DNA of 64,000 nt, from the NCBI GenBank assembly GCA_030390025.1, contig CM059428.1, positions 77,872,001-77,936,000 of the forward strand, read 5' to 3'. A program made the translations under genes and the position numbers. Under the pieces are notes generated by a model that did not search any database, was not told the origin of the DNA, and worked only from the letters and a program-made list of their open reading frames with translations. Below, piece by piece: positions 50,838 through 64,000 of this stretch; the first letter of the stretch is position 1, and every line of letters starts with the position of its first letter. The stretch is from Squalus acanthias. Taxonomy: Eukaryota.

Positions 50838-51249
50838 GGGTAATTAATGCTGGCCTCGCCAGCGGTGCCAACATCCCAAGAATGAATTTGAAAACATTAA
50901 TTTGGTGTCCTTCCTATAATTTAAGTGGTGTTTCTTTGCTGACCTTGATGACAAAAGCAGCAATAGCTTCTTAAATGGAAACTGCAAGACTAAAGTCAAT
51001 CAAAAATTTTGGCTAGCTGAAACATTTTGTTTCCCATGGGCAATCAGGGCTGCAGCATTCCAGAAGGAGCAGTTACAGTAAGGAAATTTCTGGGAAATTG
51101 CGCAAAAACTTGTGAATGGGATTCCCAGTAGGTGTCCCATTGTTTGTGCATTACACGTTGGAGGCAGCCAGGAGAATCAAGCAGCATTGACACCCTACCA
51201 CCAGAGTATACAGACCAAGACACTCCTTCACCAACATTCCTTTAGTTAT

Positions 51250-52485
51250 GTCTTAGGAAGCTTTGTTTCGCTTTTGAATCCCTGGAATATCTTTGCTCTG
51301 TCCTTCAGGATGACTTGATTCCGGCACTCATCGATGTTGTCATTCGGTCCCCCATTACATGTGGGAGGCACTCCGTGCCTGGAGGACTCCTGTAATGGGG
51401 GACAGATGTTCTTGCAGCTGCCACTGGCTCCAGGATAAATTGCATCCATCATAATCCCTCTGTGATAGTGGCACAAAGATTGGCATTTGTCTCAGCCAGA
51501 ATCTTGTGAGATGGAATGTAGAGCCTCATCCTTCTCTTCATTACAGGCCCCTTGAGATCATTGTTTGCATGCTCCAGAGCCAAAGACTGACTGTTCCTGG
51601 GCCTCCACTCAGGAACAGTAGGATCCTCTTCCATTCCCACATGCCCTAGCACCCTTGTGCTCTGTGACTCATCCGGTGCCAATTTCTTCATCTAAATGAT
51701 CAAATTAACCCTAAATTTGTTTCTCTGGACTAGTGTTAATAATGGGGAACATGACGGATTGGGAAATTTCTTGGGTGTTCTCCACTTGAGCTCTAGGTAG
51801 CTGTATCTCTGCAATTTCTTGCACTGCTCGAGCTAGTGTATGAGATTTTAAAAAATCGCAGTAAGGTTATTGCCTCCGTTCTCTCCACCTGGGGTTTCCA
51901 CACACTGATAGTAATATATATGATATACATGAATTTGCTTTCACTACAACACTTCTGCTCAGAATGGACCCACTGCATCTGCAAGCAGTGCAACTGTACT
52001 GTTCCCCATTTCCCAAGATGAATTGGTGTCCAGGATCTCCACAACCTCTTCCTGATTGGGTGTTAGCACATGAATGTCCACTCATCTGTAGCCGTTCATC
52101 CATGGGCACTGTGGGCAATCTTCTCCTGCAGGAGGAAGCAGTTTCAGTGTTGTTACTTCCTCCTACATGTCTTTTTCAATTCATGTTTACTTTCACTTCT
52201 TGAAATGGAAGAATGGAAAGTGTGTGAGAACATTGAAAGTGATAGATTAAAAATGTACATCTATGCGAGGGAAGGTGATTTGGAGAAATTCAGGTAATGA
52301 GGGAATTGTTAATTTCTTTCTCATAATTACACCCTTGAGGATAGTCCTTGAACACATACAGCATGTAGTGCACACTTGTCTCTGTGATTCCATTGGTACT
52401 AATTGGTATTGAAGCCATAGCAGCTACCTTGGCGATCCTGGTCAGGTCATTGAATCGTTCTTGCAATGCTGGGTTTTCGCCGGTG
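51250..52485 (-). pseudogene. Old Harbinger Myb-like gene remnant
   Basis: 'ERFNDLTRIAK' followed by a GT donor at ~52426, as in exon 1 of the other copies. Downstream 'MKRRMRLY..HKILAE' resembles exon 3. Confidence 0.55.
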
Positions 52486-52487
52486 GT

Positions 52488-55400
52488 CAGAGAAGTTATG
52501 TTAAACTTGTATAGAACCTTGGTCAGATCACACTTAGAATACTGCAAACAGTTCTGGAAAGGACATAGAGGCACTCGAGAAGGTGCTAAAATGATTTACT
52601 AGAATGATACCAGAACTGAGAGGTTATACCTATGAGGAGAGATTGAACAGGCTGTCTTTTTTCTCTAGAATAGAGTGTAAGGGGTGACCTGTTTGAGGTC
52701 TTTAAGATTATGAAAGGGTTTGATAGGGTAGATGTAGAGAAGATGTTTCCACTTGTGGGCGAAACCAGAACTAGGGACCATAAACAATGTTCCCTGTAAG
52801 GTGCACAGCTATCTGTAAGGTCCCGTGCACTTAAATTCACAGGCCGCGCAGTGAGCTGGAATGGGGGGAGGGGCCCAATACTCATCGGCCAAAGCGCGAG
52901 CGGGAAAAAGTCATAGAGATGAGAGAAAATCCTGGGAATCCTCACAGGGAGAGTTGTTTGTGACCTTACAGAGCCAATCTGAATTGGAACGGTGTTTGCT
53001 AAGATATGGAGCCCTGGAACCCGGTGAGTGTTGTCTCGGGATTCTGTCGGTACCTTTTCCCCCAGAGACGTGTGCAGTCGGTTCCCGGGAACTGCACTTT
53101 GGAACACACTACGGGAGCCGGTTATTGATCGGAGAAAGTTGAGGAAAAGACTTCCGCAGTAACCAGGGCAACAGGTGTCGTTTCACCAAACTGCTTTGAG
53201 ACCTCAATGTGTGCGGCGGGCAAAAATCTTATATTTGGAATATATTTTTTAGGTTAACTTTTTTAAAAAAATCACATATTTAACATCCGTATATTTATTT
53301 AATGTAAATGTTTATTTTTAAGTAAGTCCAAAGGTGTTTCTTTTTTAAATGTCGCTCGGGTTTTAAAGCCTTAAAAATGTCCAATAGTTTTGAAACTGAA
53401 ACCAAGAGGAAGACAGCGATGTGTTGCAGCTTTGCGAAAGGTGGATTATTGACAAACAGAGCACCCCTCGATGTTGCAGAATTTTCCCGATCTCTAGACA
53501 GAGTGTCTTGGTGAACCTCTCCAGGCAAACTTTTTTTTAATGTTTCACGGTTCAATTCATGCGGTGCAATGCAAAGGTGAGCTGTGGACGTGTAACCCAA
53601 GAAAACGATCCTGAACTGGAAATGTTAATGTGAATGAGTGTCTGTTTAAAGCTGTACCAAGGTGGAAGGGGGAGGGAAGCACTTTTTAATCTCAAATTAG
53701 GCCGCCGTTCTACAGTGCTTTTCTCATGGAAAGTGGTTTTGGGTGCACTTGAATGAAAAAGTGGTGGTATAACCTAAGAGATAATTGAGGGTATTAAAGG
53801 TGTGAGGCATGAGTCTCATACGGGTTTATGTTTGCACCAAGTGCATGTTAACTCTAGCTTTATTTTCTTACCACCTTCCAACAAATGTTGGAAACAAAGT
53901 TATTGCTAATATCTGGTGTAATAATAAAACTTAACAGAACAAGTCATTTGGTTCATCAAGTGTTTTGTGATAAGAAGTTAAATCTGCTCCTGTGGTTCAG
54001 ATGGATTAATAAGGGGCATCCAGTGCGGATTTGTTAAAGGCAAATCATGTCTGACTAACCTGATTGAGTTTTTTGATGAAGTAAGAGAGGGTTAATGAAG
54101 GTAGTGTAGTAGATGTATATATGAACTTTCAAAAGGCATTTGAGGAAGTACCACATTACAGACTTATTCAGAAAATAGAAGCACATGGTATTAAAGGGAC
54201 GGTGGTAACTTGGGTACATAATTGGCTACAGGATAGGAGGGAGAGAGTCGTGGTGAATGGATGTTTTTCTGACTAGAGAGGAGAAGTATGTAGCGGGGGC
54301 CCCCAGAGGTCGGTATTAGGACCATTGCTTTACTTGTTATATATAAATGACCTGGACTTGGGTATAGGGAGTACAACTTTGAAGTTTGTGGATAATACAA
54401 AACTTGGCAATGTAGTAAATAGTGAGCAGGATAGTAGCAGAGTAGAGGTAGAATGGGATGTGAGAGTGGAAAGGTAAAATGGGACGAGACTTGCCCAGAA
54501 TGTATATTGAAGTGAGGTTCCTTCTCACCAAACCTCCAGACCATGACATAATCGCCATCTTGATGGTTTAACTGTTGATCAATTTAACCTGATGTTTCCT
54601 GTCTGAATTTACAAAGGAACAGATGACCTGGACAATCCCAGTTAATGTGACCGTGGTAATTTTACTGTTAGCTTTGGTGCTTCCATTGTTCTGGCCAATC
54701 TGCTATTAACACCTCACATGGGATTTTGCCGACCCGTCTGCTTCGTCCTACTCCCCCATTGTCCCAATAAATCTCCAATATTAGCATATCCGAATCGGAC
54801 AATGACTCAGAGGTGTTATGATTAACTTTGATGGGACACCTGAAATGAAACATGTGTAATATAGTTTTTGTAAGAGCTGTGACCTGTTAGAGATTAAATA
54901 ATGTCACTAATAAGGTTTATAAACTAAAAATGAGCAACTGATTTCATGATTTTAAGAGTTTGTCTGATTGTCTCATGATTTGAGACCGTGGGATGGCAAT
55001 ATGGCATTACTGTATATATGCTTTTACGTGGTGGTTGTTACTGTCATCGTAAAAATTGCCCACAGAAAAAAGGTCGCACTCAAAGGGGTTTGTGGCCCGC
55101 TCAGTACAAAAAAAAATTAAGAGGGAACATAGGCCATACATATGTCACTAAGAAATCCAATAGGGAATTCATGAGAAACTATTTTACCCAGAGTGGTTAG
55201 AATGTGGAACTCGGTACCAAAATGAGTAGTTGTGGCGAATAGTATAGATGCATTTAAGGGGAAGCTAGAGAAGCACGAGGGAGAAAGGAATAGGTTATAT
55301 TGATGGGGTTAGATGAAGGGTGGGAGTTGGCTCATGTGGAGCATAAACACCGGCATAGACCTGTAAGCCGAATAGCCTGTTTCTGTGCTGTACTTGTAAT
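52488..55400 (+). mobile_element. CR1 3' end split by a hAT element
   Basis: 'REVMLNLYRTLVRSHLEYC' at 52490-52784 resumes at 55133 with 'REFMRNYFTQ' and the 3' UTR. Confidence 0.8.
52785..55132. mobile_element. 2.35-kb hAT-type element (non-autonomous or decayed) containing a CR1 RT fragment at ~54000-54440
   Basis: TIRs CAATGTTCCCT and AGGGAACATAG. 8-bp TSD ACCATAAA/GCCATACA (6/8). The host CR1 is continuous across it. Confidence 0.78.
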
Positions 55401-57115
55401 ACTTTGTAGCACTGTTCCATTAACAGCTCGTGTCACTTCCTTTCAGAACCCTCAGGATTTTCTCACTTCCCCCCACTTGCTTCTGGCATACCTAGTTCAG
55501 GAACGAGAACAGCCACCTGTAAGTTCAGGCTGCCTTTGAATGATGCGACACTCTTTGACTTCTTCCACTGACATCCCCACCTCCACCCACCCAAAGTTTT
55601 CCAGGGGTCCATGGTGCTTCTGCCTTATTGCTTCCATTATTCAAATGAACTGACCCGAGAATTTTCTACAGGTCAGCTCCCTTGGTAACAGGTGCGCTTT
55701 ATTCCTGCCCCATCGCAGCAACAGCGAGTTAAATAACATTGCCCAGTCAGTATAGCAGAATATATAATTATAGCACACATGTATATCACCATTAAACTTA
55801 ATGTAGATTAACTTCACAGTTCACTCTTAGTTTCCTTTTGTTGCTCTTTCAACTGCGTAGAATCGGTGGTAAACCATACTCTTCAGGGTTGATTTGATAT
55901 GGTATTGGTATCATAAGGTTTGAGACAGGGCTGATATTTAATTACACCATTTGTATTGTTAATTAAAAAAAAATCAATCATGGAGGCCACTGGGTAAAAA
56001 CAAAATCACTGTTCAAATCCATTCTGTTACTGCTGGGTCTTTAAGTCAGATAATCTCACAGACACATGGAAAGAACAATTTATACCCTTTTGGTTGCATT
56101 CTTCATTCAAGCATATCATGATCTAGGATGGACAGCTAGTCCTAGCCATCAAGAAATAGTGGGGGTTATTTGGCCGAAGGGCAAAAACAGGCACTAAATG
56201 GATGCTGTGCTAATAAGACAGGGCTGTTTGTAAGTCTGGATTTAGCACGCAACTTTGGTCCCAATTGCTGATTATCATATTTTGAACTTGCCTGGAGGCG
56301 CTAAGACACCTATAGCTTTAGCACAAGTGCTGATTAGACACAATTCCTGTACCCCCGGGGGTGGGGGGGGAGCGGTAGTGGAGGATGCGACCTTGCCCTC
56401 TTGTTCCTCTTTCTTGCAGCAACTGGTGCTGCTCTGCCTGGCCTCCTAAAATAGCCTGGGCCTCAAATTAATAACGCCCCCACAAAGTCCGCTCGCAATT
56501 AAAATGCCCCCTCTTCCCCAATCACCTTTTTAAAAGGGGGGCAGGGATAGGATAAGTATGTGCAGTTATGGTTGCCCATACTCTTGGCTAGTTGTGCTAT
56601 TAAGGGGATGGTATAGAGTACCTGGGATGGGCTGGGGTGGAGAAGAAAGAGAAAACAGAAAAAAATATTCTTCTATCTTTGGTAGCCAGGTCAAGAGGGA
56701 ACATGGACAAAAGTTGGGAATGAGGTCTCTTTAGTTAACAAGAGTTAGATAGATGTACTTTTAGACAATGGGAAAGCAAGAGGAACATTAAGGAAGGCTC
56801 TGAATAATATTTGCTTCTGAATATTGTAAAATTAGATACATTTTTGAAATTGTGAGCATTTTGAATGTTACTTAAGAAACTCAGCACATGGCTATTAATA
56901 CTTTTCAGATCATTAGTATCAGGGTCCTCCATTAAACATGTCTGGTTGGACAATGGTCTTCAACAGGTCTTTACATGAATGTTATTTTGGATCCAATGCT
57001 GGTGTTAAAAGTTGATGTATTTCAGCCCATCAAAAATGAAATGAAACTCGGGGCTCAAAATAACCAATACTGTATCAGAAAACATTTGTGCTGCAATATA
57101 TTTTTAGAATTTCAA

Positions 57116-57907
57116 GGGGGAAAAATTCAGTTGGTTGCACCTCCCGTTATCGCCTTAAGAGGGCGCTAATGGGACGCAAAGCAACTAGCGCTCGGGCGCG
57201 GCGATGTTTGCGCCGCTCGCGCAATTAACCAGACATTTTGCGGTGGCGCTAAACACTACCGCCACGATCTCCTGCGCCGGCAGATCGTGACGTTAGTCGA
57301 GTGCGCAATGCCCCGGAGCAGATATTGAGTGGCGCCCCCTGCCTTACCGCCTGCCGCTAGCAACGACAGGTTGAGGGGAGCGTTTTACAGTCAGGAAGGG
57401 ACTGGGGGAGCGCTATTTAAAGGCGACCGCTTCCTGCCTTTTTTTGTTGGTGACATTTTTGAACCACGCATTCTGAGAGAGACACTTCTGGAGAGATTCA
57501 ACGCTGTGTGAAGGAGTTTTGGGTACTGAGCAGCACTTTGCAGGTTCATTTTGATTTGCCCTTCTTTGTATCGATTTAGAAGAGAACCGGGGGGGGGGTT
57601 GCACTCTGAGCTCTTTCCCTGGTTCTCTCCATTGTTCTTTCCAGCAGATTTGATGTACAGGTCTCTCCAGGCCGAGATTCAAGCCTGCAATGAGCAGGAT
57701 GTAGATGGAAAGCAAGATCAACCCTCCCCCTTTAAGAAGTGGCCGGTGCCATTGTGTCTCTGTTCCATTGCTGACTGACATCACATGAGCTTCGCCAGCG
57801 CTGAGTTAGCGCCTCGCTCCTCAGCCTTTGCGCCTTAAGACAGATGTGTAGCACCTGATTTAGCGCTCCACTCACCTCCAATGGGGCGATACTGAATGTC
57901 TTCCCCC
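57116..57907. mobile_element. GC-rich Harbinger-type MITE
   Basis: TIRs GGGGGAAAAATTCAGT and ACTGAATGTCTTCCCCC. TSD CAA at 57113-57115 and 57908-57910. Confidence 0.85.
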
Positions 57908-58799
57908 CAAATCTTCCAAAATCTACAGCAGCAAATAATGAAAATTCTGAACTTTTCAACTAAATAGAAAACAGAATCTGAAACATCTGCAAGTGAAAAC
58001 ATCCATGTTCCATACACCACTTTTTCCATAAAAGTTTTCAGATTTTAAAAATTAATAAAACCACATATATGCTTTCTGCAACCAGAGATTCTAACTATTT
58101 CCACTCTATGCTTGAGGTTGGACTCTTTTTCTGGTTGGTTACCTCCGGTATGAGAGATTCCAAATGCCTCCAGGCAGACAACAGCTCTCAAAGAATCACT
58201 TGGGGATTATTTCAGAATCTGGGGGATGTCCAGCTGTTACAGACAATTAATGTATTCAAGAGGGGTAACAGGGCAGCTCCAGTGAGTGTGGTTTTGGCAT
58301 CCGGAGATATTTCATATATTTTATATACACACATAGATGTGTGTATGTGTATGTATATATATATAAAAAAAAATTACACCGATGGGCGAGTAAACTTGGA
58401 TTGAGTCAGTGTACAGGAGATATACATACTTGTGTTGATTTTTCCAATTTCAATATGGTACAATGAAAAAAACTGTTTACTACATAATGTGCATTTAAAA
58501 TACTAAGGTACCAAAAGGATGAGTTTAAACACTATTTTAAACTTTCTTAATCATAAACTTAACTATTTGGTGAGTATGTAAAGCATCTACAACTTGAAGA
58601 GTTTAATGTTATTATCCTATAACAGTTTATTTAAATGTTTCTCTAAAGGCCAGTAACATACACCTCATGCTAACATTTGTTTCATTCACTTTCTATGGGA
58701 AGGGTAAACTAAAGTGAAGGTCCTGATCTACCCATGCCTGGAATCTTGAACTTGTGAACAAATCTCCACAGAATTTTATAAACTTTTCAATATTGCTGG

Positions 58800-59125
58800 T
58801 TCCAAATGTGCCTGTAGTACCTCATCCAAGTGGCTATCTTTGTGAGTGAGGCCAGATTATGGACATCAACTGACTATTTGACTGTTAAGTGTATCGCAAC
58901 TGAGCCCAATCCTGACTGTACCGAATATCTGCAGACATGCACTTTCCAGCAGGGATTACAAGATCGCAAGCAGGTGCAGGACCCTGGCTGATTTTCCTCC
59001 TCCCTGCCTCATGAGGTATTAAGGCCTACTGTTACTCTCCCACTGAGATCAGACAACTCAGCAAAAGTTCAAATTGAACCAGTAACCTTCTGATTTGCAT
59101 GGCATTACACCAGTTGCTGCATTTA
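58800..59125 (-). mobile_element. SINE family B copy
   Basis: 'CATGCACTTTCCAGCAGGG...ACCCTGGCTGATTTT...CTGAGATCAGACAACTCAGCA' is the reverse complement of the 20385-20577 sequence. Confidence 0.65.
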
Positions 59126-60663
59126 CATATTAGGGCTTGGTCATTGGGGCAGCCGTGAATGGAAAACATACAACTCGAGACTGGCATTTCAACATTGGCA
59201 AGCAATTATAAAGTCAGTCAGGGAGCCTATGATAAACAGAGAAGTGGGGTTGGGGGTGGAAATGCTAATTTTGTCGTCAGTCTGCTGCCTTCTTCAGTTA
59301 TTTAGATACAGGTGCATTAATTGTGCCAGCACACACCTCAACGCTCATTTCTAAATCAGAATCCATAAACTCTTTTTAATCAGTTTTGGGATATGCACAT
59401 TAATACCAAGTGTGAAAAGTTATTTTGAACCATTACAGAAAACGCACCAATCTTTTACTTGTCGAACTAAAAGTTGCAGTAGCTCAATAGTTTACTATTT
59501 TGATTAGGTCTTTGTCAACTTAATGCACAGAGTCATCCTGTGACAGCAGTAACCCCACACTGCTTTGTCCAAATGCTGAACATTCCCTATATTGCCACAA
59601 ACAGCAGGACAAACCAAGACTAAGTAAGAACTATTGCAGGGTTTATGTCATTTTTCAACTGTTGCTCATTAAATAATGTTTCATGATCAGTGTTTTTAAT
59701 TACAGTGTGTAGTTTCCGACAAACTGACATTCTAAATTTAACTTTCCAAAGTAAACGGCAGCAGTTACAGTGGTTACAGACCAGTGGCTGTACAACTTTG
59801 GTAGAGATCAACATTCTTTGAATTTGTAATATGAAAGGGGCCAATGGAGTCATAACAATAACTGACAGAACTTAAAAAACATTTCAATCACAAACAGCTC
59901 ATCCTCAAGTCCTAATATTGTCTAAAGTCTTTACAAAACATCAGAATTAAGATGCAGCCTTTGCTTTTTGTGAATTCTCTGCATCAAAAAAGCAGCCATA
60001 CATATTTTAATACAATACTCTCATCTGGCTACAGCATGACCATTGACAACTGTGTTTTCAAACAGGCATTTGTAGAATTTGAAACAATGAGGGATTCAGC
60101 CCTCAATCAATGTGCTTTAAGGTTATGTGTCTGATCACTTTGCTAATTTTAACAGGACCTAATGCTGTATAGTATCAAAGTAAAAAAAAATCTGCCCTAT
60201 TACATAACAGACAAAATATGTTGAGACTCTAAATTCAAATAAGGCAAAACTGTTACTTAAAAGGATTTTGGATTTTACTCCCATTCTCCCTTGCTTCCTG
60301 CAAAATAAAACCTGTTCCCTGTAATTACAAATATTCTGCCAATTCATTCCTTATTCCCTGAATAAAGACAATTCCATTGTATCTGGCCATTATTCTACTT
60401 GGGTCTTAAAAAATGCTGGAAGTCTCTAACATGGCTTTCTCTTACATTTTTTTTTATCAGTTTCAACCCCTGCAAGTGCGATTGGCATTACAAGCATTTT
60501 CAAACTTTGACCGTACACAGTGAACATAGATAACTAAAACTTATACCAGTAAAGAGGTATCACTTAATATTTCAGTAACAAATCTGGGTCTTGCATGACC
60601 CATCATGTCATAATCGTCGAACTTTTCCATGTGAATTTCCTATCTACTGTCAGATATCAATAG

Positions 60664-60669
60664 TTTATT
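60664..60669 (-). terminator. Candidate polyadenylation signal AATAAA of the UBE2E gene
   Basis: TTTATT on the plus strand about 207 nt downstream of the stop codon. More distal signals are possible (e.g. 58626-58631). Confidence 0.55.
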
Positions 60670-60875
60670 GTTTAAGCTACAATAACAAAGCTCATCAAGA
60701 GTTCTGACTAGACTTATGCAAATAAAAGACTGTTGCATTTAAAACCTGCAATAGGAATGCTTGTCCCATTCCCCTCCCCCTCCCGTTCACCCCAACCCCT
60801 TCCCCTTTTCAATCCAACGAGAAGCAGCTCATTTCCATCGGAGACAAATGTCGGTAGAACTGATGACCATCCAGT

Positions 60876-60973
60876 TTATGTGGCGTATTTCTTGGTCCAC
60901 TGTCTTGCTATTCTGTCATGTTCAGCTCTGTTAGTCATATACTGCGTGGCTATGCTCCCAACCAAAGGGTCCG
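60876..60973 (-). CDS. UBE2E: UBE2E-family ubiquitin-conjugating enzyme, last coding exon
   Basis: Pyrimidine tract and CAG acceptor (TTTTCTCTTTCATTGCAG|), then (A)[31 protein letters not shown]. Phase matches the upstream exon. The paralog number is unresolved. Confidence 0.96.
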
Positions 60974-61109
60974 CTGCAATGAAAGAGAAAATGTTGGTTA
61001 CCAGTTTACTGTAGGCTAGGACATGAATTAGAACACTCCAATTTCTTCTTCCCAGCTCCCAATTGTCTCCCCACATTCCACCCTTGAAGCAGTGACTTAG
61101 TCATACAAT

Positions 61110-61375
61110 TCCGCACAAGTGGCAGTGACCAAGTGATCAGACTTCACTTACTGGTCTTGACAGTTGACTGCCAATGGATTATTCAATTGCGTGGCCCATC
61201 ACAGTAAAGTTCAATCATGTCCTCATTAAGTGTCCACAGCAACATACTTCCAACAGATGCCACTGCAGGGGCAGAAATCTCAAGTGATTCTCTCCTCCTT
61301 TGCCAAAGGATACTGAAGCTCACTGCAGTGCCCTCACAACTATCCCAGCAGAGATGGCAAATTTATATCAGTTAA
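61110..61375 (-). mobile_element. SINE family B, very degenerate, intronic
   Basis: 'GTCCTCATTAAGTGTCCACAGCAACATACTTCCAACAGA...ACTGAAGCTCACTGCAGTGCCC' resembles the other copies. Confidence 0.45.
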
Positions 61376-62181
61376 ATGTGAGTGTAAACTTAAATAATGG
61401 CATTTTATTCCACGTTTATTCTCTATAGCAACCGAGCTTTTAACATTTATGTCACAAAAGACTCACTTAATAAAAACTGTCAACACTTTAAAAAGTTATA
61501 CAGCCTATCAGCAGATTTGTTGATGTGATAAAATCATGTTTACAACTTACTAACTTGCTAATCAGATAATCACATTTATTAACTCAAACCTTATTTTGTT
61601 GCAATACATTTTTTGACCATTCTCTTTTCCTTTTGAAGTCTCCCTCGAGTATATATCTCCTGCATCAGGAGTCAAGGAGATCCGCTTCTCAAACATCTGC
61701 CAATGCTATGCCTTGAATTACCCAAGATGTCTAACCTTTCAATTCTCCTTTTCTACACAACAGAACCACCTGACCTTTGGCAAAGAACGAGAACTCACTA
61801 TGCAGGAAATCAGTAATGAACCTGCATACAAGCACCCCCTACACAAAACACTGGAGCACACTCCCCCATTCAGCTGCTCTCTGACACTCTATTGTTCAGT
61901 ACACACAAAAGCTTAAACAGAAAGATATGTTTGCATTTTTCTTGATGAACTTTGGAGGTTAAGAAATTAAAAATTTCCCCTCAAGAAATCAAATAGGTGG
62001 GGTAGAGTCTGGTAGAATTGACTGTGTATGTTATATGGAAGAAGCAACTCTGATGGAACAAATGGCCTTTCCTCAAAGTGCCCAGCATCTTTAGTCCACC
62101 ACCCGTGCCATTCATTATGAAATAAAAATTGACCACTCATGACCAGGCTATGTTTGGAACTGAACAAATCAGATGAGATTA

Positions 62182-62352
<171 letters not shown>

Positions 62353-64000
62353 TCAATTTTAGTTAAAAATTAACATAGGTACTTGAAAAATTAGAAAGCT
62401 TGCTCCATTTAACATGCTCTCAATAATATTGTCCAGAAACACACTCAAGCAGAGGACAGTAAGGTAGTAGATGGATGTGCCTTAGATTATAAATAACTGA
62501 GTTGACAGTAGTTATGCGACGAACAGGAATTCACAGATGAGAATTTCCTCAGTTGTGTGAACGTGTTAGTGGACATCAATATTTCCCATTATACAGTGTT
62601 ATGATCACAGTAACAGATCAAAAGCAGCTCTATTAAACACGGCTAATGATCATTTATGATTCGATCGTGCGTACAGCTATTCTCACAGCCTGTGAACAGA
62701 CATGGTAAATCAAACTACAAAGTATACTGCTATACATAACAATCCATTAACCATGCTTTAAAAATAAAGCAGCATTGTTATACTCTGTAAATCACAATGT
62801 CATTACAGTGTTCTGTTTCGGGGATGTCAGTCCTAATTCCCTTTCATGATCACAACAGCCATTAAGCCTTTCTCTTCTTTCCCTCCCTCCCACCCCACTG
62901 CATGATCTTCATATGTCTACAATATTGTGCATTTTTTTTAAACTTCAGGAGTTATTTTACAATTGACAGTTTATAATGCATTGAAGCAGTGTAGAGGGGT
63001 TTTGGCATCCTCTTGCTATTTGTTCATTCCAGAAGCCGAATATTAACAGTACAAGATGGATATGGAGCAATGTAAATCAACCTTTCAGTTGTGCAGACAT
63101 TTATGAAAGCCCGGGTTTGGTTTCCAGCATCTCAACTGAACCTTAGCTTTGTAACTCCCAACATCATGAAATATCCCAGGCAATTTACACAAGTATGCCC
63201 ACACTCCAAATTCCATCAATGCTGCATAAAGATACACTACACCCTTGTTATAACAGCACTTGGGAAACAATCAGTCCTAGGCGGCATTATAATGAAGATC
63301 TCATTAACTGAGACTGACATTATGATGCACTGTTCCCTCAAGAGCAGTGCTTAAATTTAGTGCCTTGTTCCAAATTACAAGTTAAATTCGATGCTAGCAC
63401 CTTTCAATTATTCTGATCCTACTGTACTTTTTTTTTTTTAAATTGCTGTACCTGTAATCTTCTGAGCATGTTCAAACCACCAGAGTAACTTTAAAAAATA
63501 AAAATAAACTCGAGAGCAGTGATAAACTTTAAACCATTGCAAGCTTCACAACACAACCAGGTTTCACATTGTTGGAATCACCCTATTTGGTTTTTGTGAT
63601 AAAAGAGGGGAAAAAACACCAATGAAACTTCAGAACACAAGCATTAATACATCAATAGCAACACTTCATGGTTTTGTTTTTATTATTTCCATAATGGACT
63701 ATATCATGCATCTAGGTATTTATACTCCTAAATTGCTAATTTTAGTGAGGAAATAGACATGACACTAAAGTAGTGTCCCCCATGTTTGATAAAATTTGCA
63801 AAAGAAGAAAATAAAGCTCCCAAATAAAGCTTTCATTTAAAATGTAAATGTTGTTGTTTGTTGTCTTTTTCTATAAAGTAAATATAGTTTTATAGCCCAA
63901 TACTGCATTCTTATCTGCACCACACACACAAAACTGCCAGTAACGGCACTGAAATTGTAGAACTGCAGCTGAGACCTGCCTGTCTGCAATGTCCACACAT

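Larger units (their letters stand above)
49226..50890 (+). mobile_element. LINE family A degenerate 3' half
   Basis: Collinear with 5590-6865 plus the 3' UTR, which is interrupted at 50555-50837. Confidence 0.87.

Noticed and set aside
53295-54853. Short ORFs inside the hAT element as a transposase
   Set aside because: I could not identify hAT catalytic or dimerisation motifs by eye. This needs a translated search.

Overview
Eukaryotic, repeat-dense vertebrate DNA, most likely from a cartilaginous fish (shark-type CR1/HER1-like LINEs, DeuSINE-like SINEs, RTE, Penelope-like and Harbinger elements; the taxon is inferred). The only recognisable host gene is the 3' end of a UBE2E-family ubiquitin-conjugating enzyme on the minus strand (last two coding exons, 62349-62202 and 60973-60876). 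The other ~60 kb is downstream intergenic DNA with deeply nested transposons. These include two-gene Harbinger elements (intron-containing Myb/SANT gene convergent with a DDE transposase), Harbinger- and hAT-type MITEs with readable TIRs and TSDs, and CR1, L2, RTE and another CR1/L2-group LINE family. There is also a near-intact Neptune-type Penelope element with a 360-bp inverted duplication and a minimal hammerhead ribozyme, plus a separate short repeat family carrying a hammerhead. An unexplained composite at 30.7-33.7 kb joins a GT satellite, an orphan C2H2 zinc-finger fragment, a nested palindrome and a 24-bp G-rich array. All calls are by eye, and no searches were run.
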